Positions 36,552 to 49,592 of a stretch of 64,000 nt of DNA are shown here, in pieces. Source of the stretch: Felis catus. Taxonomy: Eukaryota. Positions within the stretch are counted from its first letter, which is position 1. The number at the start of each line of letters is the position of its first letter. A program made the translations under genes and the position numbers. The stretch spans positions 12,276,001-12,340,000 of the forward strand of contig NC_058368.1 in the NCBI RefSeq assembly GCF_018350175.1, read 5' to 3'. The notes under the pieces are model-generated. The model had not been told where the DNA came from, ran no database searches, and saw only the letters and a program-made list of their open reading frames with translations.

Positions 36552-36860
36552 TTAAATTGGGATGAAGTTTGTCTTGTCTAGATTAATACATTAAGTAGGA
36601 ATTCTTAACCTAGGTTTTTAGATAGAACTGAAAGGCATGGAAATCCCTTGTATATAAGTAGCATTAGGAAGATGCTTTATTTGTTGAGACTACATAGCTC
36701 TCATTAAGTTCTTTGATTCACTTATTGTACCACTAAGGTGCTCACATTTAGCCCAAAAAGAAAACTTTATGCACCAGGTTTAAAAGAGGGCCAAGTTTTT
36801 CCTGCTTTCATCCCTTTAGGCAATCAATTTTTGATTTTGGAACTTAAGAGAAATAAATGG

Positions 36861-36925
<65 letters not shown>
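36861..36925. repeat. (CT)n(CA)n compound microsatellite
   Basis: Directly visible. Confidence 0.97.
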
Positions 36926-36926
<1 letters not shown>

Positions 36927-37999
36927 CATGCACACAAATATATATACAGGTGCACATACACTCTGTAAATATGTCATATGTATAATACTACAAGTATCCT
37001 TCAATAAATATGTACATTCTTCTATCCTCTGAAACTATGACATTGTAGGTACACATCACCAGGTTGGAGAGCAGGTTGCATCTATACATGTTCAGTTCTT
37101 AGCCCAGAGCCTTGCAAATGAATGTTGGCTGAAACAGTGAATGGCTATATGAAGAGGAAAGTATTTATAGCTTTAAACATTTATAAGCCAATAAACACCT
37201 ACAGTATTTTTTTAGATTTTCAGGCCCCTCCAAACTCACCAGGCTATTGTAAACATGGGAACATAGATTATGGAAGTAGCTTGCAAACTGAAAACCCTAT
37301 ATGAAGATAAGGTAACATTATTTTTCCAGCTGTGATTCTACCCCTGGGATACAAGTCCCCAGACACCCTTGGGCAGCAGTGTCTCTGTAGCTTTCAACAG
37401 TGCCTGTGTTTTCTGAAAGGCGAGGCCACTTGATGTTGTCCCAGCCCGGACAGGAAGAGCTGTTTCTGCTGGCTCCCATCCCCTTTCCCTCTATATGGAA
37501 TCCTTGGGAATCCCAAGGGCACAGATGACTGCGAGATTTGGTCTTGAAAAATTAACAGTGAGAAAAAAAGATTTTCCTGTATTCCCACAAAGGAATTACT
37601 CTCCCTTTTAAGATCATGAAACCAGACTGGGACATATTCATACTCGAGAATAATCAGACTCAACCACAGAAAATAAATACCATAGGACTTTTAAGTGTTT
37701 TGACCACTATCTTTAGTAAGAAATACACTCCTTAGAGTTGTTAACATGTACATACTTGCACATGTGAACACACACAGCAACTGAAACAAAGTTTCACAAA
37801 ATAATAGTTACACTGTAATGTAACACTGCACAGTGTAAGGTTACACTGCAATGCCACCTGACATTTCTTTTTTTGGTTTGTTCTCCTCTGTTAAAAATTG
37901 TTGGGTATAGCCACTAACTGACTTCATGATCCCTCTATTTAAAGAACACTGTTGTGGATGACACTCTGGTTAAAAAATGAATGAACTGAACACAGTTAT

Positions 38000-38740
38000 A
38001 AGAATCTGACACCCAGAGTTGTTCTTAGACTCCTCCCTCTCCTACATCCCCAATATTTCCACAACACAGTCCCAAGCCCCGTTGAATTTCTGTCTGAAAC
38101 GTATTTCTCAAACCCCTGTGCCCACATGCATTCCCTCTGCTTTGGTTTAGAGGGATCTGGCAACTTCAGTTCTTGCCTTCTGTGCCTCTCTACAGTATAA
38201 GCCCCATTGCTCCCCTTGAGACTCCTTCATGCCTCCCTGTCACCTGCAGAATGGAGTAGCAGCCCAGCCTCCTGGCCACAGTGCCCTGCCTCACCTGGCC
38301 TCTGCCTACTTCCAGGGGCTGATGGCCCACGTCAGGTCCAGTTGTATGTTAAGTGCCTGGGGCTCGCCAGTCCCGAGGTGTGGGTTCATGTCCCACGCTG
38401 TGCTTGGGCTGCTTTGTCCCACGCTGTGCTTGGGCTGTTTCCTCCCTTTGTCATCACATTCCTCCTACTTGGTCCTCCTGACTTACTTTCATTTGTCTTC
38501 TATCAACATTCAGCTAAGACCTCACCTCCCAAGTCCCAAGTGAGCCTGGTCTTCTCAGGACTTTCATACATCTCTTTTAATTCTTACAAGATTAGCCTAA
38601 ACTGTTCTTGCTACATGTCTGTCTCCCCATGGGGCCACAAGCTCTTCAGGGGCAGAGGTTGCCTGATTCATTTTGGGCATCTCTAGAGTCTGGCAGAGCA
38701 CCTGGAACCCAGTGTGTGCTCAGTGCGTGCTGAGCTGCAG
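38000..38740 (+). mobile_element. L2 fragment
   Basis: atgtctgtctccccatggggccacaagctcttcaggggcagaggttgcctgattcatttt...tctggcagagcacctggaacccagtgtgtgctcagt (L2 3' end). Confidence 0.7.
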
Positions 38741-40432
38741 AGAAGCAAGAGTGATGACTCTGCCCCAAGTATCCCTTGGGCGGCCATCTTTCACCGACGT
38801 TGCTCGGCGTTAATCCCGAACCAGAATGGTCTGCTGCTCCGTGCATTTATTCCTGGACCTCTAGATTAGTGGTAGTCAAACGTCGTTGATGAAGGTACCT
38901 TTGCCCCCTGAAAACGCTCTCCTGCTTTCCTCTTCCTTTCCCAGTTTGACTGAAGGAGGCTGAGGGGCACATGTTGGGTTTCCGTAGCTTTCTGTTCCAC
39001 TCCGTTTGAGAAGTCTGCTGCTACTACAGCTGGGGCAGAGGGTGGGCTGGGAGCCAGCCCTAGTCTTAATCAATAACAAATCAATGACGTGAAATCTCAC
39101 GCAGCTTAGAGGTCTTCCTATGAGGATTTGGAATAGTGCTGGAAAGTCAGATTTGGTCCAAGTCACTTCAAATCTGGGAGGAGGAGGGTAGTTCTGGTGA
39201 TGAGCAAAAAGGGTTTGGTCTCTTCATGAACAGATCCGAGGCCTGGTTCAGTCTGGACCACCCAAGATCTCCCTGATATGCCCCAGAGGAAACTCAACTT
39301 CCTGAGGCCACCCCAATCACACCTCCAAAGGAGTGATCCAGCTAGTCCTGAACGTACACGCCCCTGGGGAAAGTGTGTACATTTTTAATTAGGGTAGACT
39401 AATGCCTCTCTTGAGGCGTCCCCACACTCAGCTATGATGACTTTGGTTCTCGAGAGCAGAGGGAAAATGTGTGATGTACTAGGGTGACTTCTTTTGGGCA
39501 CTAGATTTAGTTGGGTCTGCTACAAGACCCTCCCTTCTCTCCTTCCTTGAAGGTATAGCTCATTGGGCACCTCCTCCAAGAAGACTTCCCTGAACATTTC
39601 TAACACTTATGGTCTCCACCATTCATGATTTCTGGCCATCTCGAATTGTTATTTGACCTGTCATATGTTACCATGACTTCCATCTATTTATAGACGCACA
39701 GTCTGAGCAGAGTGAATTTGTAAACAGTAGGGGCTCAATACAGGTTTGTGATGGTTGTGGCTGTTACAGCTACTGTTAATAGTTAACATAAAAACAAGCC
39801 TGTATGCAGGCATGGCTGATGACGACCGATGATGGTGACTCATAGACCTCCTTCCTTTCTAGAGATAGGAAAGCAGAGCTGGGGGAAAGCAATGAATTTC
39901 TTTAATGGATACGGTGAAGGCAGGAACAGATAAGGGAAAGGACACAGCAAGCTGAGACCAAAAACTTTTCCGAAAGGTAGTGTGGCAGTTGCCAGCAGTG
40001 TGGACTACGGGCTTACTGCCGGGGTCCCTGAGCAAACTGTGTTCCGTCGTGAAGTCTCAGTTTCTCATCTGCAAAATGTGCATAACGTCACATAACTCTT
40101 CAGAGCAGCTGCAAGGACATTAACAGGAACTGCACAAGGAGCAAGGCCATTTAGTTCACTGTTGCAATCTAGTCCCTGGCACAGGGCTTTGGATTTCACT
40201 TGGTGTTTACATTTGCTGAATAAAATGAACTATGTGAATCAACAAGGAGCAGGCGCTTAAAAATTGGAGCTATTATTATTGACTAAAATGGGTACTGTTC
40301 ACATTTTCTCCACTGATGCACTCAAATGGCAGAAGAAAATAAACAGATGCCCCCAAAGAATTTATTTGACATTTACACCCATAGAGGGGAAGAATATAGC
40401 ATGCCCACACTTGTTTTAAAACAATAAAACCA

Positions 40433-40668
40433 GGGGCGTCCAGATGGCTCAGTCGCTTAAGTGTCTGACTTCGGCTCAGGTCATGATCTCATGGTTTGTG
40501 AGTTCGAGCCCCACATCGGACTCTGTGCTGATGGCTCAGAGCCTGGAGCCTGCTTCAGATTCTGTGTTTCCCTCTCTCTCTCTGCCCCTCCTTCACTCGT
40601 ACTCTGTCTCTCTCTCTTAAAAATAAATAAACGTTAAAAAAATAAAAATAAAACATAAATCAATAAAT
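40433..40668 (+). mobile_element. CanSINE
   Basis: Full body; TSD aaaacaataaaacc. Confidence 0.95.
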
Positions 40669-41149
40669 AAAACAATAAAACCTTCCTTCACATTTTAAGA
40701 AACTTGATGCTCCAAGAAGATGTACCATTCTATAGTTTCTTATCCTGCCAGGTTGAAGAGGCTCAGATGTACACTTAAAAAATAAATCTCATTTTTAGAG
40801 AGGTGATTTATTATTACTTTTTAATAACAGTCTCCCTGAACACTAGAAAACGTGAGGTTCAGGCAAATTCCAACTCCATTCAAGCCACAGTGACGTGAAT
40901 TGCACCCAGAGTCCGATGGGACGCACGGAGGGACAGCACAGGCAGTCGAGGGCCGACTGTTGGCTGGGTTTAAGATCACAGGACGGAGGCAGAGTCTCTC
41001 TCTGGTCAGCAACATGAAAGGGCTGGCTGAGAAACAAACACCTTCTTCAATATATTTCCATAAAACAGCAAGAGATCTTCTGTTCCGACGGCAACTTGTG
41101 CATTTTATTCAGGAGCGCACCCAACATCCTGCAGAGGTAACCTCAGAGA

Positions 41150-41700
41150 TGGAACCCAGATTTCATCACTCTCTAAAAATCCGTCACGGTTCTCAGATGC
41201 CTCCAAAGTAAAATCCAAACTTCTGGGGACGGCATACAAGTCTTGAGCTCAGCGTAGGTCCCAGGCACGTCCTTCTGTGTCTCAGCTGGCCACAGTGCCC
41301 CGGACACCAGGGGAACTAAACAACTCGTGGTTCCCTCACACGGCCACCTCCCACCGCTCCAGTCTGCTGTTCCCTGTAGGTACTTTTCCTAGGTCTAGAA
41401 TGACTTTCTCCCACTTCATCCCATTAGCTAATTCTTCCCTCCCCCTCTGTTTCCCCCTCTTAATTGCCAGCTCCAGTTTTACCTCCTCTGCGAAGTCCTT
41501 CCTGTGAAGATCGCCCTCTCCTGCCACACGGTAAGTAAGTGAGGTTCGCCCGTCACTCCTTTGCACCCACTGTCTACTTCTGACCCAGCACTTACCTGGC
41601 ACTGGAATTTTCGGTTTACTCTGCTTTCCTGTCTCCCTCCACAGGCATTGTCTTTGCATATCCTGCACCAACCAACGGGCTTGATTAACGTTTGCGTGGC
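41150..41700 (+). mobile_element. L2 fragment
   Basis: aagtaaaatccaaactt...ctagaatgactttctccc...tcctctgcgaagtccttcctg. Confidence 0.55.
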
Positions 41701-43923
41701 AAACTGAGGAAGCTTCCAGTACAGAGGCTCGAAGAAATGTAGAGCAAGGAGTAAAAAAAGAGTCCTCTCGAATGCTTCCGGCCACTGACAGTGGAGAAGA
41801 ACCTCACTGCTCCCCAGTGACCTGTGAAGCATCAGCAAAGATTCCAAACCTCCACACTTCCTTTTGCTCATTGTTTTCATTCACATTAAAAAGGAACACC
41901 ATGGATTTGCATCACAGCCTCAAAATAAAGTCATAGGGAGAAAGGATTCCGTTTGGAACAGAAAGAACCACATACTTTCTAATAAATCAAACCCCTAAAG
42001 AGAACTGAAATGGGAGGTGGGGTATGTTCCTCTCATTCCCCACATTATCAACAGGGTCTCTTAGTAGCACACAGAACTCTCGACTCATAGGGAAACAGCT
42101 CAGGAGTTACATTATAATGCCAATGGTCGATCTTCGGTTTGAAATTTCCAAATCGTTTCTTACATGCCCTTTAAGATGACAAATACGGTTTGAAACACTC
42201 TGCAGTTGACTACAAATAGCAAAGATGATGTTTCCAAAGGACTTCCTCCTTCTTGGGCCAGAGTACCTTCAGAGCACCGTGCACATGCTAACTCCAAGTT
42301 CAGAGCCTCCTTCAAATTTTACTCCTGTCTTCTCTGTCAAGCGCGGTTTCTATTTACGCTCCAAACAGTGTATTATTTAGACATTCCATAACCTCACTTA
42401 CTTCCCAACACAACAATGTTGGTATCATCAAATGTAGAGTATTTGAAATTAATAATCCCCAAACAGAAAAAAAGATCCATACATCATCTATCTTCAGTTT
42501 CTCACATTCTAGGTTAAAAATTCTCCTTGGCATAATGGTTTCTATCAGCAAAACCGAGACTGCGCTAAATTACTGATAAGTTCTTCCGGAAACCTCCTCT
42601 ATGGAACTCCCCTTCAGGGATTTACAACCATTCTCCACAGGCTTTATATTGATAACTCCGTTCCCGATCATGCTGTGAAAATAGATGGGGAACAATTCAC
42701 AGTAGTGCTTTGAGATGCTTGTCTGGGAAAGTGGGGGTGTACCACTCTTGCTGATGTCATTGTCATTTCTCAAATTCCAGCCCTGGCCACCCTCCCATCT
42801 GGGCTACTTTTTTAATCTGGAATTCTCTCTCCAGCCTTCCCTCACTACCCACTCACCTGACCTCTGGGGGAACCATGAGTCACTTCCTGTTCTTTAAACT
42901 TGTGGCTAAACTTCCTCTTCTGTAAGAGGCTTGAATTGGGGGTGTGACGAGAGGCACTGGGAGGCAGAAGGCTGCCTGGAAGGCAGGCAGAAAGGAGAGA
43001 AGAGTACCGTTCCGTCCATATTAGAGAGTGAGTTGTTGAAGACTGCTAACTCCTGATTTTTCCAGGAGGTAATTATTGCCATCACAGAATTAACCTGACT
43101 TGTACAATTATCTGAGTTTGATTTACCTCCTGATTCACTCTTCACCTTTCCACTGCCTACCTGCAACTTCAGAAAGAATGGTGGCTGAAACATGTAAAAG
43201 GCAAATTTATCAATCTTATATTTATGAAAAATCTGGGCAAATATGGGACCTAATTCAAATAAGTGGTTGGATGGGCATCTATTTTATTGAGACTGGCAGC
43301 TTTATTTGCCATTAAAATTAATACATTGGATATAGTACATAAGTCTTAGCTTCCCAGGTCAGTTTTTAATAAGAGGATATTTTTACTATGGTCGTTTTTT
43401 AAATTAAGGATTTTTAAAATAATATTGTGGCAGAGACAAGCAAAGTCTATATTTCACAAACCTGTGGGTGGACTATGATCACCAGCCTCGCTGGCAGGCA
43501 GGCCCCGGGAAGAAGTTCTGTGCAAAGGTACATGAGTGAATCTGCTTATGTGATTTACTGCCCCTTCTCCTTCTTTATCCATGAGTGGTTGTGCCAATGC
43601 CCAGGTGACCCAGGACCTCAGATGCTGCGTGTTGAGGTCGGGGAGATCAGCCAGCCTAGATCTGGAGCAGATCTTATTCCAGAGTGAATGGGAAACAGAC
43701 TTTTGGTTGGTTGACATCATAACGCTTTGGGGACAGGGACTTCTGCCTTACTTGATGTTGAATCCCCAATGGCCGCCTTATGCCTGGAGAAGAGTAGGTA
43801 TATAGCCAATGTTTACGGAATAATGAATGTTGTGTGGGTTTAAGGGTGTGCAATGAAAAATCAAAGCGCACACAGAGAGTTAATTTGAAAAAATTTTCTG
43901 AGGATGCTTTGCTACTACTACCC

Positions 43924-43926
<3 letters not shown>

Positions 43927-43965
<39 letters not shown>
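43927..43965. repeat. (CA)n microsatellite
   Basis: Directly visible. Confidence 0.97.
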
Positions 43966-43967
<2 letters not shown>

Positions 43968-44769
43968 CTTCTCTCTAAATATTACCTAAAACTCTTTTGA
44001 TTTTTATGTCCATTTTCGTTTCATGGAAATCATCCAACTTTCAATACACACTACACTAAGATACATTGTGAAACTGTTTCTTTTGAAAAAGACGCAATTC
44101 TGGTCCCCTTCACCCCTGCCCCTACCTTTGCAAATAAAGCCGATCTTAGTTGACTGAACATGTTTGTTACACTGCTCATCGGTTTTAGAGAATCAAATAT
44201 GTTTCAAAACCACTTTGGGGTTATCCAGACTTTAAAGGCAGATGCCCTGCAGGGATACTAACTGGTGGGTGGGTTTCTTTGCTCGGTCTTCTCTTGCCCC
44301 TTCAGGCTACCCTGTGAAAATGACAAAGGGTAGGACACTTTGCTTTAACAACAGGACCCACAAATCCCTTATACGTTTGTATTTATTTTCAGGCTAAAGG
44401 AGATTTCTAGGCTAAAGACTATGAAGTGGCATTTGATATTTCCTTTTTAAACTAATTGTGACTAGATACTGGAACTATATGTTTAGTATCTGTTGGGATA
44501 AATTAATAATAATACTACAACTTGTATTTACGCTTCTTTTTGTCATTTAAAAAATGTTTTATTTCCTTTCTTTCTGCTGCCTAAAAAGTAACACAAGGGA
44601 TAGCTTGAAATAAAATCATAGGAAAGAGTTACAAACCAACATTAAAAAAAAATCCTTTTGTATATTTGCAAGAGGTGATAGCAGGCACATGTATAATTTG
44701 TCTGAAATCTCCAAGTGGCTGTATCTTCTAACACTAGTATTAAATGACTAGTTATAAGAAAGAAGCAAT

Positions 44770-45075
44770 GGAGGGAGTAAGAATGGAAGGAAAGAAGGAG
44801 GAAAGGAGGGAGGGAAGGAAGGAAGGAAGGAGGGAAGGAAGGAGGGAAGGGAGGAAGAGAGGGAGGAAGGAAGGAGGGAAGGGAGGGAGGGAGGGAGGGA
44901 GGAAGGAGGGAAGGAAGGAAGGGAGGAAGGAAGAGAGGAAGGAAGGAGGGAAGGGAGGGAGGGAGGAAGGAAGGAAGGAAGAGAGGAAGGAAAGAGGGAA
45001 GGGAGGGAGGGAGGAAGGAAGGGAAGAAGAGAGGGAGGGGGAAGGGAAGAAGGAAGGGCGAAGGGAATGAAGAAG
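44770..45075. repeat. (GGAA/GGGA)n polypurine low-complexity tract
   Basis: ~300 bp almost purely A/G on the plus strand. Confidence 0.97.
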
Positions 45076-46288
45076 GACTCTAACAATATGTCATCCTTTC
45101 AGACTACCTAAACAAATATGTGGCTGGCACCTGTAGAGGTAGTCCGGCACCAGTACTCCAGGACACTTGTATTTGGTCATCTGGCTACTGCACATGAACA
45201 TCCTTCTAACAAAGAAAGAACTTGTTGCTTACCTTTCCTGCTCTATATTGGCACCTTCATGGACAGTGCCCAGTTTATAGCTATTTCTCAAATCAGAAAC
45301 TTTGACACATTTCTCAATTTCACCTTTCTAAATACATTCATCTCGCTTAGCTTGGTCACTCTTCCCATCTACAAGATGGTTCTCTGAACCCTTTGCTCCC
45401 TGTCTTTGTCCTGTCCTGGGTATTCCGGATTTCTAGCAGGAGTTCAACGAAAGTCACTAGTGGAAATGTACCACCTGAAGTCTCACCTTACTTTCAACTT
45501 GAATCTACTTTCAATCATTTTAACTACCACTGCACAAATGATGATCCCAAACCCAACTCTAGATTTATGTTATTCTAAAGTTTAGCTTCCTAACTCCTTC
45601 TGGGTGAAAAACAACCTTCTCGCTGTACTAGGTACCATGTGATCATCTAGTGAGTTCATATTAACTGATGAATAAATATTTGGCTAAAGTTCATTATGGT
45701 TAATGAATGTCTATTTGGGCTTTATTTTACCCTGAACCTGGCTTATTTCAAAAATATCTTAAGGATTTACTGAGATAGGCATGAAAGCAAAACTTTAAAT
45801 GTTTTTAAGCCTGTGGCTCTTAACACCACCATGATAGAACGAAAATAAAAGGGCATACAGTTGGAATCCTGTAGCCATTTCTCAACGTGCCCAATATAAA
45901 TCACACAGTCTTTTAAAAAAATCCAAGAATTCAAAATAAACAAACAAAAAAAGCAGGGTTACTCCAAGGCATTTTTTTTTTTGTCCTAGAATATTTTTAT
46001 TTTACCCCTCAGACTCCTCTCCCAAAATGTCCCAATGCTCATTTGAATACAATCTTTAACAGGAAACAGCACATAACCTTCCAAACAGGCAGAAAACAAT
46101 TTGCTAATACCATGGGAGTGGGTGATCGGCTTTTGGCAGAACAAGATGGCTTCCCTGCCTTAGTACTGAAATTAGCAGGAATAACAAAACAATTTCTCCT
46201 CACACACAATGGCTAGCGTCATACCTAAAACCCCCCTGGCTTCTAAAATGGAAAAGAAAGAAGAGGAAATTGAGCTTTGTACAGTTAC

Positions 46289-46298
46289 CTCTGTGCAT
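46289..46298 (-). CDS. Candidate 10-nt microexon ATGCACAGAG
   Basis: tcttttctctgtgttcctgacag|ATGCACAGAG|gtaact: good pyrimidine tract, CAG acceptor and GAG|GTAACT donor only 10 nt apart, in repeat-free flanks. Confidence 0.45.
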
Positions 46299-46691
46299 CT
46301 GTCAGGAACACAGAGAAAAGACTGTGAACTAGTAAAGTTTCAACGCTAAGAAACTCTCATTTCCAAAGACACTGTGGAATTTTGTAAACGGTTTAAATGG
46401 TATATTTACTTCAATAAGTTATGACATAAATAGGTACTAAAGTGAAATCACTACATTAAAAAAAAAAACTGTCCACACAATTTTCAGCTTTTTAAGTGTA
46501 CTTTTCTTGGGGAAGTTTGATGATTGGCCACTGTGGGTTATTAGATAGTAAGCGAAGTAATTTCTGAATGCTTTTAATTTAATTTAACGAAACTATTTGG
46601 TCATAGTCCATCTGTTGCTGTTACCAAAAGGTTTACTTTTCTTGGGGGGGGGGAAGTGTATATATTAGAAATATATTAGAAATTATGAGCT

Positions 46692-46805
46692 GGGGGACAC
46701 ATAGCTGGCTCAGTTGTGAGAGCATGAGACTCTTGATCTCGGGGTTGTGAATTCAAGGTCCACGTTGGGTGTACAAATTACTTAAAAATAAGATATTAAA
46801 AAAAA
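46692..46805 (+). mobile_element. Short old tRNA-derived carnivore SINE
   Basis: tagctggctcagttgtgagagcatgagactcttgatctcggggttgtgaattcaaggtccacgttgggtg plus A-tail; TSD agaaatta. Confidence 0.8.
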
Positions 46806-48109
46806 GAAATTAGGAGGGGGGAAAAGAGAGCCTGCAGAAGGCAGAGGCTTTTACAGAACAATCTGTTTCTCTGAAGGAGAGTTAAGGGATGCCTGGTGAA
46901 ACCACCAAAGTGCCTAGCTAGCTGTGTGACCTTGAACAACACTTTAACCTTCCTGATCCCAGGCTTCTTGGTAAGATGAGTAAAATGAGGTCTCTTTTAG
47001 AGTCTTTTAATGCTCTAAAATCCTGTGATCTGAAAAGATAAAATGTTATGTTGACAGTATCTGAAATCAGTGAGAGCAATGCCGTATTGGAACAACGTCA
47101 CAGGACTTCAGAGGAGATAAACCGTACCTATGTTCTGGCTACATGAGTGTAGACAAGAGCCACACCCATGCTAACCGAATCCAAGAATCCCATATGAACG
47201 CTGGAGGAGAGTTAAGGTCAGTCCTACACTTTGTTGCTAGGAAAGCATTGTTGGTGAGCTTTAATCCAAATGGTTTATATGATTTCATATTGTGGTCTCT
47301 GACATAGCAAGAGAAACATCCTGAGAAACCACAGTCTCAGCTGCTGAGTCTTTGTCTCGCACATTATCCCCAACTCGGTCCTTTGCTTGATTTTATTCTT
47401 AAATATAACATTTCTGATCGCTTTCTGTTTTGTAATCTAATTCTAATAAGGACAAGAAGACAGACAGGATTCTGGCTGGAGGGAGAGGAATAAAAGGGCA
47501 TTTTTTTAAAGGCAGCCAGTTATTCTAAGACAGTTATTAAAATGTCTGGGTAAATGACCTCATCCTGCACTCAGCCTGCAAATCAGCCAGGCAATCTGGC
47601 CCTTGGTGCATATGGCTTTGGACTGCTTTCTGTGAAATCGAGTTACAGGAATCTGTGAACAGGAGTCCTTTTTTCAGCAGTTCCTATAGCACCTGACAGT
47701 GTCAGGCACATGGTGGCATGGTAAAATTTGCTGACAATTTCCTAAACAGCTCTCATGGAAAAGGCCAGAAAATAAATTCTACACTGTGTGAAAGCTTTAG
47801 GCATTTTATAGTTTGACTAGAGATAAACATTTGCTATAATGGGAATGGGAATATTTACTAAACAGGGAATAAACTACTTAAAGGCTAAAACAGTATATTG
47901 GTAAATTTGCTTCCATTATTCTTTAACTTGTAAATCATAATCATGTATACTTGTTTTCATGGAAATAAATATTATCACTAGGTATTCAGGAATGTTCTCC
48001 CTGATTTAAATTGTATAAGGATGGCTTATAGGGCCCAAAAAGTCCATTTGATTCTTGTTTTAATTGTCTCATATGCCATTCGGGTATTTTGCTAAAAAGT
48101 ATCTGCACG

Positions 48110-48335
48110 GTTATTGTTAATATCGTGTGCTAGGCATGATGCTAAATATGTTACGCATTTATATACAATGACTCATTGAATCCTCATAACAACCTCTAAA
48201 AAAGTATTATCATCCCCATTTTATGGAGGAAGAAACCAAGGCTCAGGGAGATTAAATAAGGTGCCAAGGTCGTACAACAGTGATGCCATATGTGATACCA
48301 AGGGCTTCTGCTCCATTTCTAGTCCTTACTTATAA
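48110..48335 (-). mobile_element. MIR
   Basis: ctcattgaatcctcataacaacc...ttatcatccccattttatggaggaagaaaccaaggctcagggagattaaataag. Confidence 0.85.
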
Positions 48336-49551
48336 CCATATGGGAATACATAGAAAAGAAAAAACAAAAAACAAAAAACCCAGCAAAGCGTTTCACATCC
48401 TTCTGAAAGAAGACTGGGTATAAATTATAAATAAAAAAGCAACTAAAGGAAAAAAACTCACTTACATAATTTCCCCATTTGTTTACTCAGACCTTAATCA
48501 GCCATTAAATGTATATGTCACCTCACCAGACAATGTGAGGCATAGACAAGAGGTCAACTAAAAGGCAGTGCTTAAACTGTGATGAAAATGAGGAGAAAGG
48601 TGAATCATCAAGCAATATTTTCCTAAATATTTTCCAATATTTCTTGACTCCTTGTGGAAGGTTCTAAGTGGAAATTCTAGGTTCCTGGCAAGGGGAAGTC
48701 GCTAATAGCTATGGAAGAGGAGAGGAGCAGCAAAGTGAGGGCTGCATAGTAACAGCGCTGTTGTGGGACATAATCCAGACAAAGCACAGTACCAAGCCCT
48801 TCTCCCTACGATCGCACACGCTACTGACCCTCTGAGATAGACATTATGATCGCCACTCTGGAGATGAGCAGGAGGAAAGTGCACACAACCAGAGACAATG
48901 TCGGCATTCAGACCCAGATCCTTCTGAGCCCGAGCCTTCCACCCTTCCGGGACACCACGCCCCTCCAAGTGGTCCCACTGCAGGGTATCCTCTGCCACTG
49001 CCCAGAGCCTGCAGTGGGAAAACAAGGAAACCAAGAAGGGGACCCTAACGTGGGGGGCAGGGGAGACCACGGGCACAGGTCAGTAAAATGAATGGGGAGG
49101 TTTATCCAGCAATCTGTACTGTTAATTAACTTTAGCTGTCTACCAGCTAAGTACTCTGTGGCTCCATGGTGATTATCAAGCCAGTCAGAATCTCAACTGG
49201 GGCCTGATTACTAAATTTAATAGGATTATGCTTTTTTTCCTCTCAGAACTGAATCAAAAAAGTTCTTTTCAGCTGAGGTTTTTGTGTTGTTGTTGTTGTT
49301 GTTGTTGTTGTTTTCTATTAGTAAGTCAGTCCAGAATTATCCCAGAGACCTCAAAGATTGTTAGAGCTTCTTTTCACTTATTTGGGGGAAATGAAAGACA
49401 GAATTCTTGCAGGGTTGAAGCAAGAGCATAGAAACAGACTCCTCCTGGCCCTTCTGCCTCAGTCTGGACTTACATTCAATGAACTCAACTCAGCAGAAAA
49501 GCCACAGGAATGGGGGCAATGAACACAGTCCATGCTTAATAACTGGACACA

Positions 49552-49590
<39 letters not shown>

Positions 49591-49592
49591 AT
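49552..49592. repeat. (TAAA)n microsatellite
   Basis: Directly visible; a (TTG)n run also lies at ~49285-49312. Confidence 0.95.

Noticed and set aside
36746..36842. Minus-strand block with acceptor, GTGAGC donor and a GMKAGKT motif
   Set aside because: All frames contain stops and the motif spacing is wrong. It is kept only as a reminder that GK[ST] arises by chance; it could be revisited if the fossil gene is confirmed.
38207..38686. 159-aa ORF, the longest in the track
   Set aside because: It lies within an L2 remnant, has a non-ATG start and no splice support.
41590..41600. Perfect minus-strand donor CAG|GTAAGT
   Set aside because: It sits inside an L2 fragment with no matching acceptor or open frame.
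44744..45086. 108-aa E/G/R/K-rich and 112-aa P/S/L-rich ORFs
   Set aside because: Artefacts of the (GGAA)n low-complexity tract.
46697..46772. tRNA-Lys-like sequence
   Set aside because: It has a degenerate cloverleaf, an A-rich tail and a TSD, so it is a tRNA-derived SINE rather than a tRNA gene.
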